From UHGV virus genome UHGV-0140552: a DNA stretch of 35,002 bases, one strand, 5' to 3'. Below, piece after piece: positions 1 through 6,678 of this stretch (positions are counted from its first letter, which is position 1; every line of letters starts with the position of its first letter). The stretch is from a virus. The notes under the pieces were generated by a model. That model searched no databases. It had not been told where the DNA came from and saw nothing but the letters and a program-made list of their open reading frames with translations. Position numbers and translations under genes: made by a program.

Positions 1-1017
1 TCATTTTTTCTGACCACCAACAACCGGCACAATTTTAGTTTTCCTGTCGTAAATCGCCGTTTGTCTCGAATTCTTATGGCCTGAAATCGCCTGTTTCTCC
101 TCGAGGCTTCCTTCCAGATCAGAGACACCTTTCGCTTTCAGATCGTGGAAAGTGAAATCTATCTGCAGGTGTGGGTTCTTTTCCTGCGCTGCGATTTTCG
201 CGTCGCGCCAGCGTGAATTAAAACCGTCACGGGTGTATTTGCTGCCGCTGGTCTGGTGAATGACAAACAGGCTACGGATACCCGGCTTTAACGGCAGGGA
301 ACGGGCGAGGGCGACAGCGGCGCGCAGGCGTGGCGACCATGCTTTGATTTGCTTCACGCCTGTTTTCCCCTGGCGGATAAAGATCCCGGTTTCGCGTATC
401 TGGTCTTCAGTCAAAGCCAGCACATCGCTTTGTCTGGCCAGACACAAATAAGCGATTTCCATGGTGGCGCGAACTACGTCTGGAGCAACATCGTAAACCG
501 CTTTGTATTCTTCGTCGGTGATGTAACGCTCCCGGGCTGCCTCTTTGAACTTCTTAACGCCCTGACAGGGATTATGCTGGACGTAACCCCGCTCATAACC
601 CCAGCGGAATACCCGAGAAAGAAAACTCTTTTCCCGGTTGGCCTGCGTTTTACTGGCCATGCCACGCTGATCCATATAGCGCCGGATGTGTTCCGGTTTA
701 ATTTTATCGGGGTTAACCTTCCCGAACACCGGCAACACTTTGCCTGCGTATTTCGTGTAGTCTTTTCGGGTTTCTGCCGCTAAATCCTGCCAGTCAGGGG
801 AAGACATGAATTGATCGGCCAGAGCCTGAAACGTCTTGCGCTCGACTTCTTCTCCCATGGCTTTTTCATATGCCAGCCATACAGCTGATTGAGGCTCGGA
901 GAGCGCACATAGCCTGATAGCCTTGTTATCTTTATTCCTGAATTCATACGCCGCCTTACCGCGATACACGCGGGGCGGCATCCAGTTATCAGCGGGGTTC
1001 TTACGTTTTCCGGCCAT
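1..1017 (-). CDS. int: Tyrosine-type site-specific integrase (338 aa, stop codon at 1-3)
   Basis: Full ORF on minus strand. C-terminal region has the integrase-like HDLKAKG...SGHKNSRQTAIYDR pattern with a putative catalytic Tyr. Lies at the edge of the phage gene set, directly downstream of a small excisionase-like gene. Confidence 0.88.
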   Translation of the reverse strand: MAGKRKNPADNWMPPRVYRGKAAYEFRNKDNKAIRLCALSEPQSAVWLAYEKAMGEEVERKTFQALADQFMSSPDWQDLAAETRKDYTKYAGKVLPVFGKVNPDKIKPEHIRRYMDQRGMASKTQANREKSFLSRVFRWGYERGYVQHNPCQGVKKFKEAARERYITDEEYKAVYDVAPDVVRATMEIAYLCLARQSDVLALTEDQIRETGIFIRQGKTGVKQIKAWSPRLRAAVALARSLPLKPGIRSLFVIHQTSGSKYTRDGFNSRWRDAKIAAQEKNPHLQIDFTFHDLKAKGVSDLEGSLEEKQAISGHKNSRQTAIYDRKTKIVPVVGGQKK

Positions 1018-1246
1018 TAAAGATAGCTCCGAAGTCTGGTTCTTCCTCCCGCACCGTCTCTTCCTGCTGGTTGCGGTATTTAATCGGGTTCAGGAAATGG
1101 CCCCACGTCGTTTTAGGATGGCCGTCTGCCCTTTCCATGAAAAAGACACCGGCCCGACGTAGCGCTTCACACTGCCTCGATTTAAGTGGGGTCCCCGTCA
1201 GTTCGATCATTTCCTCTCTGGTGATGATGTCGTGATCGTGTCTCAT
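1001..1246 (-). CDS. Putative excisionase / small recombination directionality factor (81 aa)
   Basis: Small basic ORF immediately upstream of int and overlapping it by 17 nt. Preceded by the conserved GAGGAAAGACC-ATG initiation motif. Function assigned by position only. Confidence 0.45.
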   Translation of the reverse strand: MRHDHDIITREEMIELTGTPLKSRQCEALRRAGVFFMERADGHPKTTWGHFLNPIKYRNQQEETVREEEPDFGAIFNGRKT

Positions 1247-1400
1247 GGTCTTTCCTCAGCATGCCGGCTATCGCGTTGTCTGCCGTATCGCAAGCGCGTT
1301 GGATATCGGACTGGGTCAGAGTCCTCTTTCTAACGCTGGCTGATAGCCTGCCAATTTTGATATCGAAATCTGAAAGTAAAAGTGTGCCTGGTTGCCAACG

Positions 1401-1440
1401 TAGCATTGTGATCTCCGGTTCATAGGTAGATCACAATGCT
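1401..1440. repeat. Perfect 14-bp inverted repeat TAGCATTGTGATCT / AGATCACAATGCTA with 12-bp spacer
   Basis: Read directly from sequence. Lies between the 61-aa gene and the xis-like gene, with no T-run on either side. Confidence 0.8.
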
Positions 1441-1455
1441 AACGACAGTTGCGAG

Positions 1456-1641
1456 TTATTTCTGATTAGGCTTAATCAGGTTTGGTTTATTCCGGAACGC
1501 GCCATTTTCGCGGGTGATTTTGGCACTGCGCGGAAAATGCATAGCCAGTTCACAACGCGCGCAGGCTTCGATTATCCCGTTAGTACCGTCCGGAAAAACG
1601 ACGTGAAGCGCGTCGCCTCGTTTCAGTGTGAGTTTCAGCAT
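1456..1641 (-). CDS. Hypothetical small protein (61 aa), start at ATG 1641
   Basis: ORF in the leftward early operon. Its ATG at 1639-1641 abuts the stop codon (1643-1645) of the upstream gene. No recognisable motif. Confidence 0.5.
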   Translation of the reverse strand: MLKLTLKRGDALHVVFPDGTNGIIEACARCELAMHFPRSAKITRENGAFRNKPNLIKPNQK

Positions 1642-1642
1642 A

Positions 1643-2209
1643 TCAGCGCACCTGCAGCGAACGTTCGCCAATCTCAAGGTGAGCGCCCGGCACTGGGTTT
1701 AACAGTTCTTCCGGTATCTCTCCGCCGTCAGCGGTAATCTGGGCCGCCGCTGCCTGTGCTGATTCAATCGCTTCCTTGATGGCTTTCTTGTCCGGAGTGA
1801 CTAACGTCTGAACTGTCACTAATTCATCCGGCAGTAATTCATCATTATCGATCACGACGTTTATAGCTCCCTTACGTGCGGTAAAGGTATTTTTGGCGGT
1901 TTTAACCGTATCCTGACCGGCGGCCAGTAGACACTGGAGAACATATTTCTTCAGGTTCGTGATCTTACCTTCGAATGATTTTTTGCGGGCGGCAAGGCGT
2001 TTGGCCTCTTCATCGCAGGTTTTTGCCAGGCCTTCCAGATTGCGAACGTGGACGAAAACGGCATCCAGTTTATCGCCGAGTTGTAACTCAAGACCTTCCA
2101 TTGTGTCGGCGATCATTTCAGGAGACAGACCAGCACCGTCTTCGTTTTCCAGTAGTGCCTGGAGTTTTGACATATCGGCTGCGATAGCAATTGCAGTGGT
2201 GGAAGTCAT
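1643..2209 (-). CDS. Gp157-like phage protein (188 aa), recombination-module associated
   Basis: Coiled-coil-rich acidic protein with an EEAKRLAARKK...NLKKYV segment resembling the Siphovirus Gp157 family as I recall it. Translationally coupled (TAATG overlap) to the upstream annealing-protein gene. Confidence 0.55.
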   Translation of the reverse strand: MTSTTAIAIAADMSKLQALLENEDGAGLSPEMIADTMEGLELQLGDKLDAVFVHVRNLEGLAKTCDEEAKRLAARKKSFEGKITNLKKYVLQCLLAAGQDTVKTAKNTFTARKGAINVVIDNDELLPDELVTVQTLVTPDKKAIKEAIESAQAAAAQITADGGEIPEELLNPVPGAHLEIGERSLQVR

Positions 2210-4401
2210 TATGCTTTCTCCTCGGCTTTATTCAGTTCTTTAATGCGCCCATCTTTGATGGAGATGAGTCGGCGGAGCCGGCCAGACAGATAACGTTCAT
2301 GCTGCGTGTCGCCGTTGGCCTGGGCGGCTTTAATGTGAACATCGATCTCACGTGCGATAGGGGAAAACACACCGTTGATTTCGTTCACCGTCACGCCATG
2401 CGCCAGGGTATTAGCAACGCGGCTTAATTTATCGTCAAACTCCTGGCGGAGCCGTGCTGCATCTTCGGCTGATTCGCTGGCGTTCTTCAGGTCAAACTCG
2501 GCCTTGTTCTTCTGGCGGTACTCCAGATTGTCGTAAAGCCCCATAAAGATATCGCCACTGAATCCGAGGCCGGATAACGCTTTTTTGGTCGCATCTGTCA
2601 GTGATTTTTTGGCTGCTTCGCCGTCGCAGGTGATCCCGTATTTACTACCGTAAATGTAGGGTGTACAGCCGTATGCTGTTTCCTCACCTCGTACTCCGTT
2701 CAGGATGTACCAGAGCCGGACAGTCACAACATGGTGCTGTTCGTTGACGGTATTACCATTCCCATCAAGAACCAGCTCCCACGATGCGTTGTTGTCTTTG
2801 CCTTTTACTTGCCGAGTGATCGGCGCGCCAATATCGAAACGCTCTTCAACAATATCCACGCCCCAGCCGATGCCCTTAGGGCCAAACTCACGTGTGGCAA
2901 GCATGGTCATGTAGGTACCGTTGATCGAGGTGCCACCGCCGTTCTGTGTGAAAGCCTTAGTAAACCTTTCGTCGGTTTTAAATACGCGTTTCCAGAGGTC
3001 TAAATTGTCTTCCCCGATGATTGGTTTTCCGACAGCCTGCACAACATCCTCAGCGTTAGGCAGGCTTTCAGCGTGAGCGATTTGTTTTGCTAAACGCTCG
3101 GAATCATCAGCCAGTTTTTCAGCCTTAACGCTTAACTTCTCTTCCGGCTCTGCACCTTCACCAGAGGCATATACGCCATAACCCATATCATTGAGCGTCT
3201 CACGCGCCTGTTTGGCCTGGGTGTCGGTTACAACCGGCTGCTGCGCTTCCACTTTTTCGCCCACGTTTGAGGCGGTATTTTGCGTCGCCTCTGGTTGTTT
3301 AACGGATCCTGTCTCGGTTTCCTCAAAGCGGCCGTTGGCCGCCAGCCATGAATCGATATGGCGGCGCAGGCTGTCAGGGAAATGGTAGGTATCTTTCGCC
3401 GGTACGTTTTGTACCACGCCGAAGATGCTGGCGCGGTCGTATTTGAGTATCTGCGGCGTGGTGTGCAGCGATGCTGACCAGCGTTTAAAATCTTCCCGGT
3501 CATCGGAAATCATCTTCTTAGCGTCCAGAAGGTTTCCGGATAGTACCGGCGCATCAGGCGCCAGCGGGAGAAGGGCGGTAGCGATCTCCTGATCCAGCGT
3601 TGCATAAGTGTGTTTATATCCGCGCTTAGAAATTACCACGGGTGTTTTATCATCGGTGCTGGTGCTGGTGCTGGTGCTGGTGCTGGTGCTGGTGCTGGTG
3701 CTGGTGCTGAGAGCGGTATTTTTATATACGCCGGGGGCCAGTTCGTCGCGCTTGCCCGGATTCTCAAGCCAGCGTTTAACGAACTGAGAGATAGCCGCTT
3801 TGCCCGGCGTCTGGTTTTCAAAGTGGGAGAAAATACCCTGAATAAGATTGTTCAGACCTTCCACATGCATGCTTTGAACCGGGAAGTTATTTTGCAGGGC
3901 ACACAGAACATTAAAGTTAAAGCGATCTTCCTCTTCAAATTCCCCATCGTGGTTTTTCAGATTATCCAGATAATCCACAACCTGAGAATAAAGATGGCCA
4001 TCAATCGCCGCGGTACTAAAAAGCAGGACGGCAGCAAAGCGTTCATCAGGGGAAACGGTCATCAGGTCGATCACTTCATCGTCGGCAGGTAAACCTGCAC
4101 CACTTCCGGAAGCGCTATCCTGCGCAGTAGAAACCCATTTTTCACCGTCAAAAGTATGCTGCTGGGCGAATGACTCATCGAACTGGCCAACGGTCGGCAG
4201 CGGCTGGCCTTCAACGTGTTCCCACAGTTTCGGTTTGAAATAGTTGTCACCATTGGCCGGGTATGATTCCCAGAGTTTGCCGGTCATAATGCTTTCGGCC
4301 ACTTTTTTGTTTGGCGCATCGATGGCGATCGCCAGCTGCACGGCGCCGCAGTCTTTAATCGCCGATTTCTTTGGCTCAAATGAGCCGTTGTAGATGGTCA
4401 T
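2209..4401 (-). CDS. Large multidomain protein (730 aa) with C-terminal Rad52/Sak-type single-strand annealing domain and an internal (Ser-Thr)9 linker
   Basis: Segment GCTPYIYGSKYGITCDGEAAKKSLTDATKKALSGLGFSGDIFMGLYDN matches the Rad52-family signature (K-x-A/S-V/L-TD-x-x-K-K/R-AL-x-x-F/L-G). Start placed at ATG 4399-4401, which has the GAGGAAAGACCA RBS motif; the ORF-track start at 4434 is a GTG without a Shine-Dalgarno. Confidence 0.75.
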   Translation of the reverse strand: MTIYNGSFEPKKSAIKDCGAVQLAIAIDAPNKKVAESIMTGKLWESYPANGDNYFKPKLWEHVEGQPLPTVGQFDESFAQQHTFDGEKWVSTAQDSASGSGAGLPADDEVIDLMTVSPDERFAAVLLFSTAAIDGHLYSQVVDYLDNLKNHDGEFEEEDRFNFNVLCALQNNFPVQSMHVEGLNNLIQGIFSHFENQTPGKAAISQFVKRWLENPGKRDELAPGVYKNTALSTSTSTSTSTSTSTSTSTDDKTPVVISKRGYKHTYATLDQEIATALLPLAPDAPVLSGNLLDAKKMISDDREDFKRWSASLHTTPQILKYDRASIFGVVQNVPAKDTYHFPDSLRRHIDSWLAANGRFEETETGSVKQPEATQNTASNVGEKVEAQQPVVTDTQAKQARETLNDMGYGVYASGEGAEPEEKLSVKAEKLADDSERLAKQIAHAESLPNAEDVVQAVGKPIIGEDNLDLWKRVFKTDERFTKAFTQNGGGTSINGTYMTMLATREFGPKGIGWGVDIVEERFDIGAPITRQVKGKDNNASWELVLDGNGNTVNEQHHVVTVRLWYILNGVRGEETAYGCTPYIYGSKYGITCDGEAAKKSLTDATKKALSGLGFSGDIFMGLYDNLEYRQKNKAEFDLKNASESAEDAARLRQEFDDKLSRVANTLAHGVTVNEINGVFSPIAREIDVHIKAAQANGDTQHERYLSGRLRRLISIKDGRIKELNKAEEKA
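3655..3708. repeat. Perfect hexanucleotide tandem repeat (GGTGCT)x9, in-frame within the 730-aa gene, encoding (ST)9
   Basis: Read directly: nine contiguous GGTGCT units on the plus strand; on the minus coding strand AGCACC gives S-T repeats. Confidence 0.95.
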
Positions 4402-4445
4402 TGGTCTTTCCTCTTGGTTACTGGCGCAGGTCACGCGCCGGTTAA

Positions 4446-4769
4446 TTAAAACGGTACGTCGCTTTCTTCAATTGGAGAGTGATCGATGCACAGCAGCTGC
4501 TGAATCTGGTCTTCAATAACACCCAGCTCCTTCTTTGCTTCGGCAGAGATTTTCTCTTTCTTCGCACGAAGGGCATTAACCTGCATACCAATAATGTCGA
4601 TTGGCTCTAAAGCTGGAATGGCAACCTCTACCGTTTTGGTAGTAACGAGGACATACAGATCAGGGTATTGCTGTGACATGTCACAGGTGAATGAGTGATA
4701 AGACGTTGGTAGATATGGGTTGGTTGTGGCCATAACGTAAATAGTTACGGGGATGGTAAGCGCTTCCAT
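4446..4769 (-). CDS. Hypothetical protein (107 aa), first gene of the leftward early operon; C-terminus ...PIEESDVPF
   Basis: ORF with a strong AAGGAG Shine-Dalgarno 5 nt upstream of the ATG at 4769. No recognisable domain. Confidence 0.7.
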   Translation of the reverse strand: MEALTIPVTIYVMATTNPYLPTSYHSFTCDMSQQYPDLYVLVTTKTVEVAIPALEPIDIIGMQVNALRAKKEKISAEAKKELGVIEDQIQQLLCIDHSPIEESDVPF

Positions 4770-4887
4770 AGCGACTCCTTGATGATATATACTCAGAGCC
4801 GATCAGCGGCTCTGTCGTTGGTCTTTCCTCGCTACAGGGTTGGTCCCCTGTAGCATTCTGGGCGGTTTGGTCACTGTCCCGGGTAAA

Positions 4888-4962
4888 TTAGCCCACTTCG
4901 GTGGGCTTTTTTACGCCTGAAGGTTGCCGGTCTTTCCCGGCTGTCAGGGTGGTCAGCCCCAT
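4888..4962 (-). CDS. Possible leader-peptide ORF (24 aa, MGLTTLTAGKDRQPSGVKKPTEVG) ending inside the terminator hairpin
   Basis: ATG at 4960-4962 is preceded by a perfect copy of the GAGGAAAGACCA initiation motif. The stop codon (4888-4890) sits at the base of the 4890-4907 hairpin. Very short and unverified. Confidence 0.25.
   Translation of the reverse strand: MGLTTLTAGKDRQPSGVKKPTEVG
4890..4912 (+). terminator. Intrinsic-terminator-like hairpin AGCCCAC-TTCG-GTGGGCT followed by TTTTT (plus-strand sense); A-tract on the other side, so possibly bidirectional
   Basis: 7-bp GC-rich stem, TTCG tetraloop, T-run 4908-4912. Located in the ~490-bp noncoding leader between the repressor gene and the early-left genes. 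Confidence 0.55.
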
Positions 4963-5169
4963 TGGTCTTTCCTCGTTACTGCGTGAATGCTTTAAAAAAA
5001 TGCCCGGGGCGCCCGGGCCAAGACTACACACAGCAATTCGCATTCGTTGCGGTCTTTCCCGCATGTCATCGTACTGTCGGCGACCCGAAGAATTCGCGCC
5101 CGTCTTTCCGGACTGTCAGAACTGTTTCTGAACAACTGCCGCGTGGTTAGTGCGTCGTTGATGTGATGT

Positions 5170-5198
5170 AATTTAGATAAATCTAACAATTTGGTCAA
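5170..5198 (-). promoter_or_regulatory. Putative early-left promoter (PL-like): -35 TTGACC, 17-bp spacer, -10 TAAATT, overlapped by an operator
   Basis: Reverse complement of 5170-5198 reads TTGACC-17 nt-TAAATT. The operator palindrome at 5173-5186 overlaps the spacer and -10. Confidence 0.4.
5173..5186. promoter_or_regulatory. Operator-like 14-bp palindrome TTAGATAAATCTAA (OL-like)
   Basis: One of three sites fitting TTAGA-N4-TCTAA. A swapped-arm relative, TCTAACTGATTAGA, lies at 5244-5257. Confidence 0.6.
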
Positions 5199-5263
5199 TG
5201 ATTAAATTAGAGAAAACGAACACAATGGGCGTAAAAAAATGCATCTAACTGATTAGAAAGGGA

Positions 5264-5650
5264 TTATTTTTGTTTGCGGGCTTGCAGTAACTCCTCAAAT
5301 AAACGATTGAAACCGTCTACTTTTTCGCGAAGTTCCGTTAAATGCCGCTCTTTTTCAGATTCTGGGAGTGACGAAAAGAGTTTTAAAAGCTCTGTTTCTC
5401 GTTCATCTAATGGCGGCGGGGTGTCTACCGGGGTTCCCGGAGTGGCGGCTTCATCGCCGTAAAGTATCCAGGTAGGGCTGCATTGAAGTGCGTTACTTAA
5501 AGCGAAAAGGTTTTTTCCGCCAGGCTCACTATCACCGGTCTCCCACTGGGAGATAGTGACGTGCGCGACGTTAACCAGCTTCGCTAAAGCGCGCTGAGTA
5601 AGTTTGAGATCTTTTCTACGCGCTCTGATGCGCTCACCTGGCATTGTCAT
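5264..5650 (-). CDS. Phage repressor, HTH XRE-family (128 aa), RacR/CI-like, no S24 peptidase domain
   Basis: N-terminal HTH (LTQRALAKLVNVAHVTISQWETG). Divergent from a cro-like gene, with palindromic operators in the 80-bp intergenic region. Too short to carry a LexA-like autocleavage domain. Confidence 0.85.
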   Translation of the reverse strand: MTMPGERIRARRKDLKLTQRALAKLVNVAHVTISQWETGDSEPGGKNLFALSNALQCSPTWILYGDEAATPGTPVDTPPPLDERETELLKLFSSLPESEKERHLTELREKVDGFNRLFEELLQARKQK

Positions 5651-5652
5651 AG

Positions 5653-5666
5653 TTAGATAATTCTAA
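5653..5666. promoter_or_regulatory. Operator-like 14-bp palindrome TTAGATAATTCTAA (OR-like, proximal to the repressor gene)
   Basis: Palindrome read from sequence. On the minus strand it contains TAGAAT about 10 nt upstream of the repressor ATG, suggesting a leaderless PRM-like transcript. Confidence 0.6.
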
Positions 5667-5672
5667 ATTTCC

Positions 5673-5701
5673 TTGACTTCGTTATCTCGAACACCTAATT
5701 T
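5673..5701 (+). promoter_or_regulatory. Putative early-right promoter (PR-like): -35 TTGACT, 17-bp spacer, -10 TAATTT
   Basis: Sequence match. The -10 is weak, so this is a tentative call. Confidence 0.35.
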
Positions 5702-5702
5702 G

Positions 5703-5716
5703 TTAGAAAAATCTAA
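5703..5716. promoter_or_regulatory. Operator-like 14-bp palindrome TTAGAAAAATCTAA (OR-like, proximal to the cro-like gene)
   Basis: Palindrome lies between the putative PR -10 and the CAGGAGGG Shine-Dalgarno of the cro-like gene. Confidence 0.6.
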
Positions 5717-5730
5717 CAGGAGGGTGTTTC

Positions 5731-5925
5731 ATGTTAACAACTGATGCGATCAAATATTTTGGTAGTAAGAGAAAACTGGCTGAGGCCGCTGGCGTTAAGG
5801 CTCCTACTGTCTATGCGTGGGGGCGTTTGGTTCCTGAAGGTAAAGCGGCTCGTTTGTCTCTGATGACTGATGGCGAACTTGTTTATGACCCAAAGGCTTA
5901 CCAACTGCCAGCCAAATCAGCTTAA
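5731..5925 (+). CDS. Cro-like / YdaS-family small HTH regulator (64 aa)
   Basis: Small ORF divergent from the repressor, with a strong Shine-Dalgarno (CAGGAGGG). HTH-like segment KRKLAEAAGVKAPTVYAWG. Same arrangement as racR-ydaS in the E. coli Rac prophage. Confidence 0.75.
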   Translation: MLTTDAIKYFGSKRKLAEAAGVKAPTVYAWGRLVPEGKAARLSLMTDGELVYDPKAYQLPAKSA

Positions 5926-5987
5926 CAATTAGCGGCATCGAAATCTGATTACGCTTAATCAATTTTCAGCGACAGGAGACGCTCGAA

Positions 5988-6434
5988 GTGGAATACCTCG
6001 AAGAACTTAAACGAGAGATCTTTAACTGGGCAGCGGAAAGCGGGCAGGAGCTGGTTGCTATCGAGATAAGCCGCATGTGGTTTCGTCTTGGTGGTAATAC
6101 CGGTTCGCTGAAGCTGCACCAGATCGAAGATGCAGATGGAAACGCCGACTGGCGGGCAATCAACAACAACCGCCAACAAATTTTTCGTTGGTTGCGAGGC
6201 GAGACCAAAGCCGCGAGAGCCAAAACTCTGGCGCTGGTCAAAGCGATGGAAGCGGCGCTGCCGGCAGAACGTTACGCGCGCTTGGGTATGTCCACTCAGT
6301 ATTTAATTTGTGTGGCCATTCGCGAGTTTGCCGCGGCGATTATCGCGTTGTTACTCGACGCCAGAGACGGGCCGCAGCAAGTCGCCAGAGCATTGCAAGC
6401 TATGCGAGAAACACAGCGCCTGACCAGCGTTTAA
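5988..6434 (+). CDS. YdaT-like / CII-like regulatory protein (148 aa), GTG start
   Basis: Follows the cro-like gene. AGGAG Shine-Dalgarno 9 nt upstream of GTG 5988. The QQIFRWLRGETK segment is reminiscent of the YdaT family (recalled from memory, unverified). Confidence 0.55.
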   Translation: MEYLEELKREIFNWAAESGQELVAIEISRMWFRLGGNTGSLKLHQIEDADGNADWRAINNNRQQIFRWLRGETKAARAKTLALVKAMEAALPAERYARLGMSTQYLICVAIREFAAAIIALLLDARDGPQQVARALQAMRETQRLTSV

Positions 6435-6454
6435 CCTGTACCGAGGAAAGACCA

Positions 6455-6676
6455 ATGAGAACACAAGACCGCATCACCTGGCGGAACGGGTTTCGCCGGA
6501 ACGGGGTACAAGTCCCGATAGAAGATATCGAATTGATTTTCGAGGAACGTCGCGCTGCTGCGCTGACAATCTGGGAACGCTACGAGCTGCGCAAAGCAGA
6601 CCTGCAGGAAGCGGGACTCACCCAGAAAGAATATGAAATCGCCTGCCGCCAGCTGGCTGACTCGCTGGGGATCTGA
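6455..6676 (+). CDS. Hypothetical small protein (73 aa)
   Basis: ATG 6455 is preceded by the conserved GAGGAAAGACCA motif. The longer ORF-track call (6188-6676) overlaps the YdaT-like gene and lacks an RBS. Confidence 0.6.
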   Translation: MRTQDRITWRNGFRRNGVQVPIEDIELIFEERRAAALTIWERYELRKADLQEAGLTQKEYEIACRQLADSLGI

Positions 6677-6678
6677 GT

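Noticed and set aside
1182-1406. 74-aa minus-strand ORF between the 61-aa gene and xis
   Set aside because: Overlaps the xis-like ORF by 65 nt, and its start codon is buried in the 14-bp inverted repeat. Kept only as a doubtful possibility.
3610-4092. 160-aa plus-strand ORF containing a (GA)n stretch
   Set aside because: It is the antisense reading of the (ST)9 repeat region inside the 730-aa gene. Not coding.
2209-4434. ORF-track start at 4434 for the recombinase fusion gene
   Set aside because: The codon at 4434 is GTG with no Shine-Dalgarno. The in-frame ATG at 4401 has the conserved GAGGAAAGACCA motif and is preferred.
3655-5110. Possible CRISPR array suggested by repeated short motifs (GGTGCT tandem, GGTCTTTCC copies)
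   Set aside because: The GGTGCT units are contiguous with no spacers and are in-frame coding. The GGTCTTTCC copies are 9 nt with irregular spacing. Neither has CRISPR repeat-spacer architecture.
4901-5198. ORFs of 60-76 aa on both strands in the leader region (4901-5131 +, 4962-5150 +, 4992-5198 -)
   Set aside because: They overlap the putative PL/operator and the repeat-rich structured region, have no RBS, and have implausible composition. Treated as noncoding.
6188-6676. 162-aa ORF-track call
   Set aside because: Its 5' part overlaps the YdaT-like gene in another frame. Only the 3' 73 codons from ATG 6455, which has an RBS motif, are taken as a gene.
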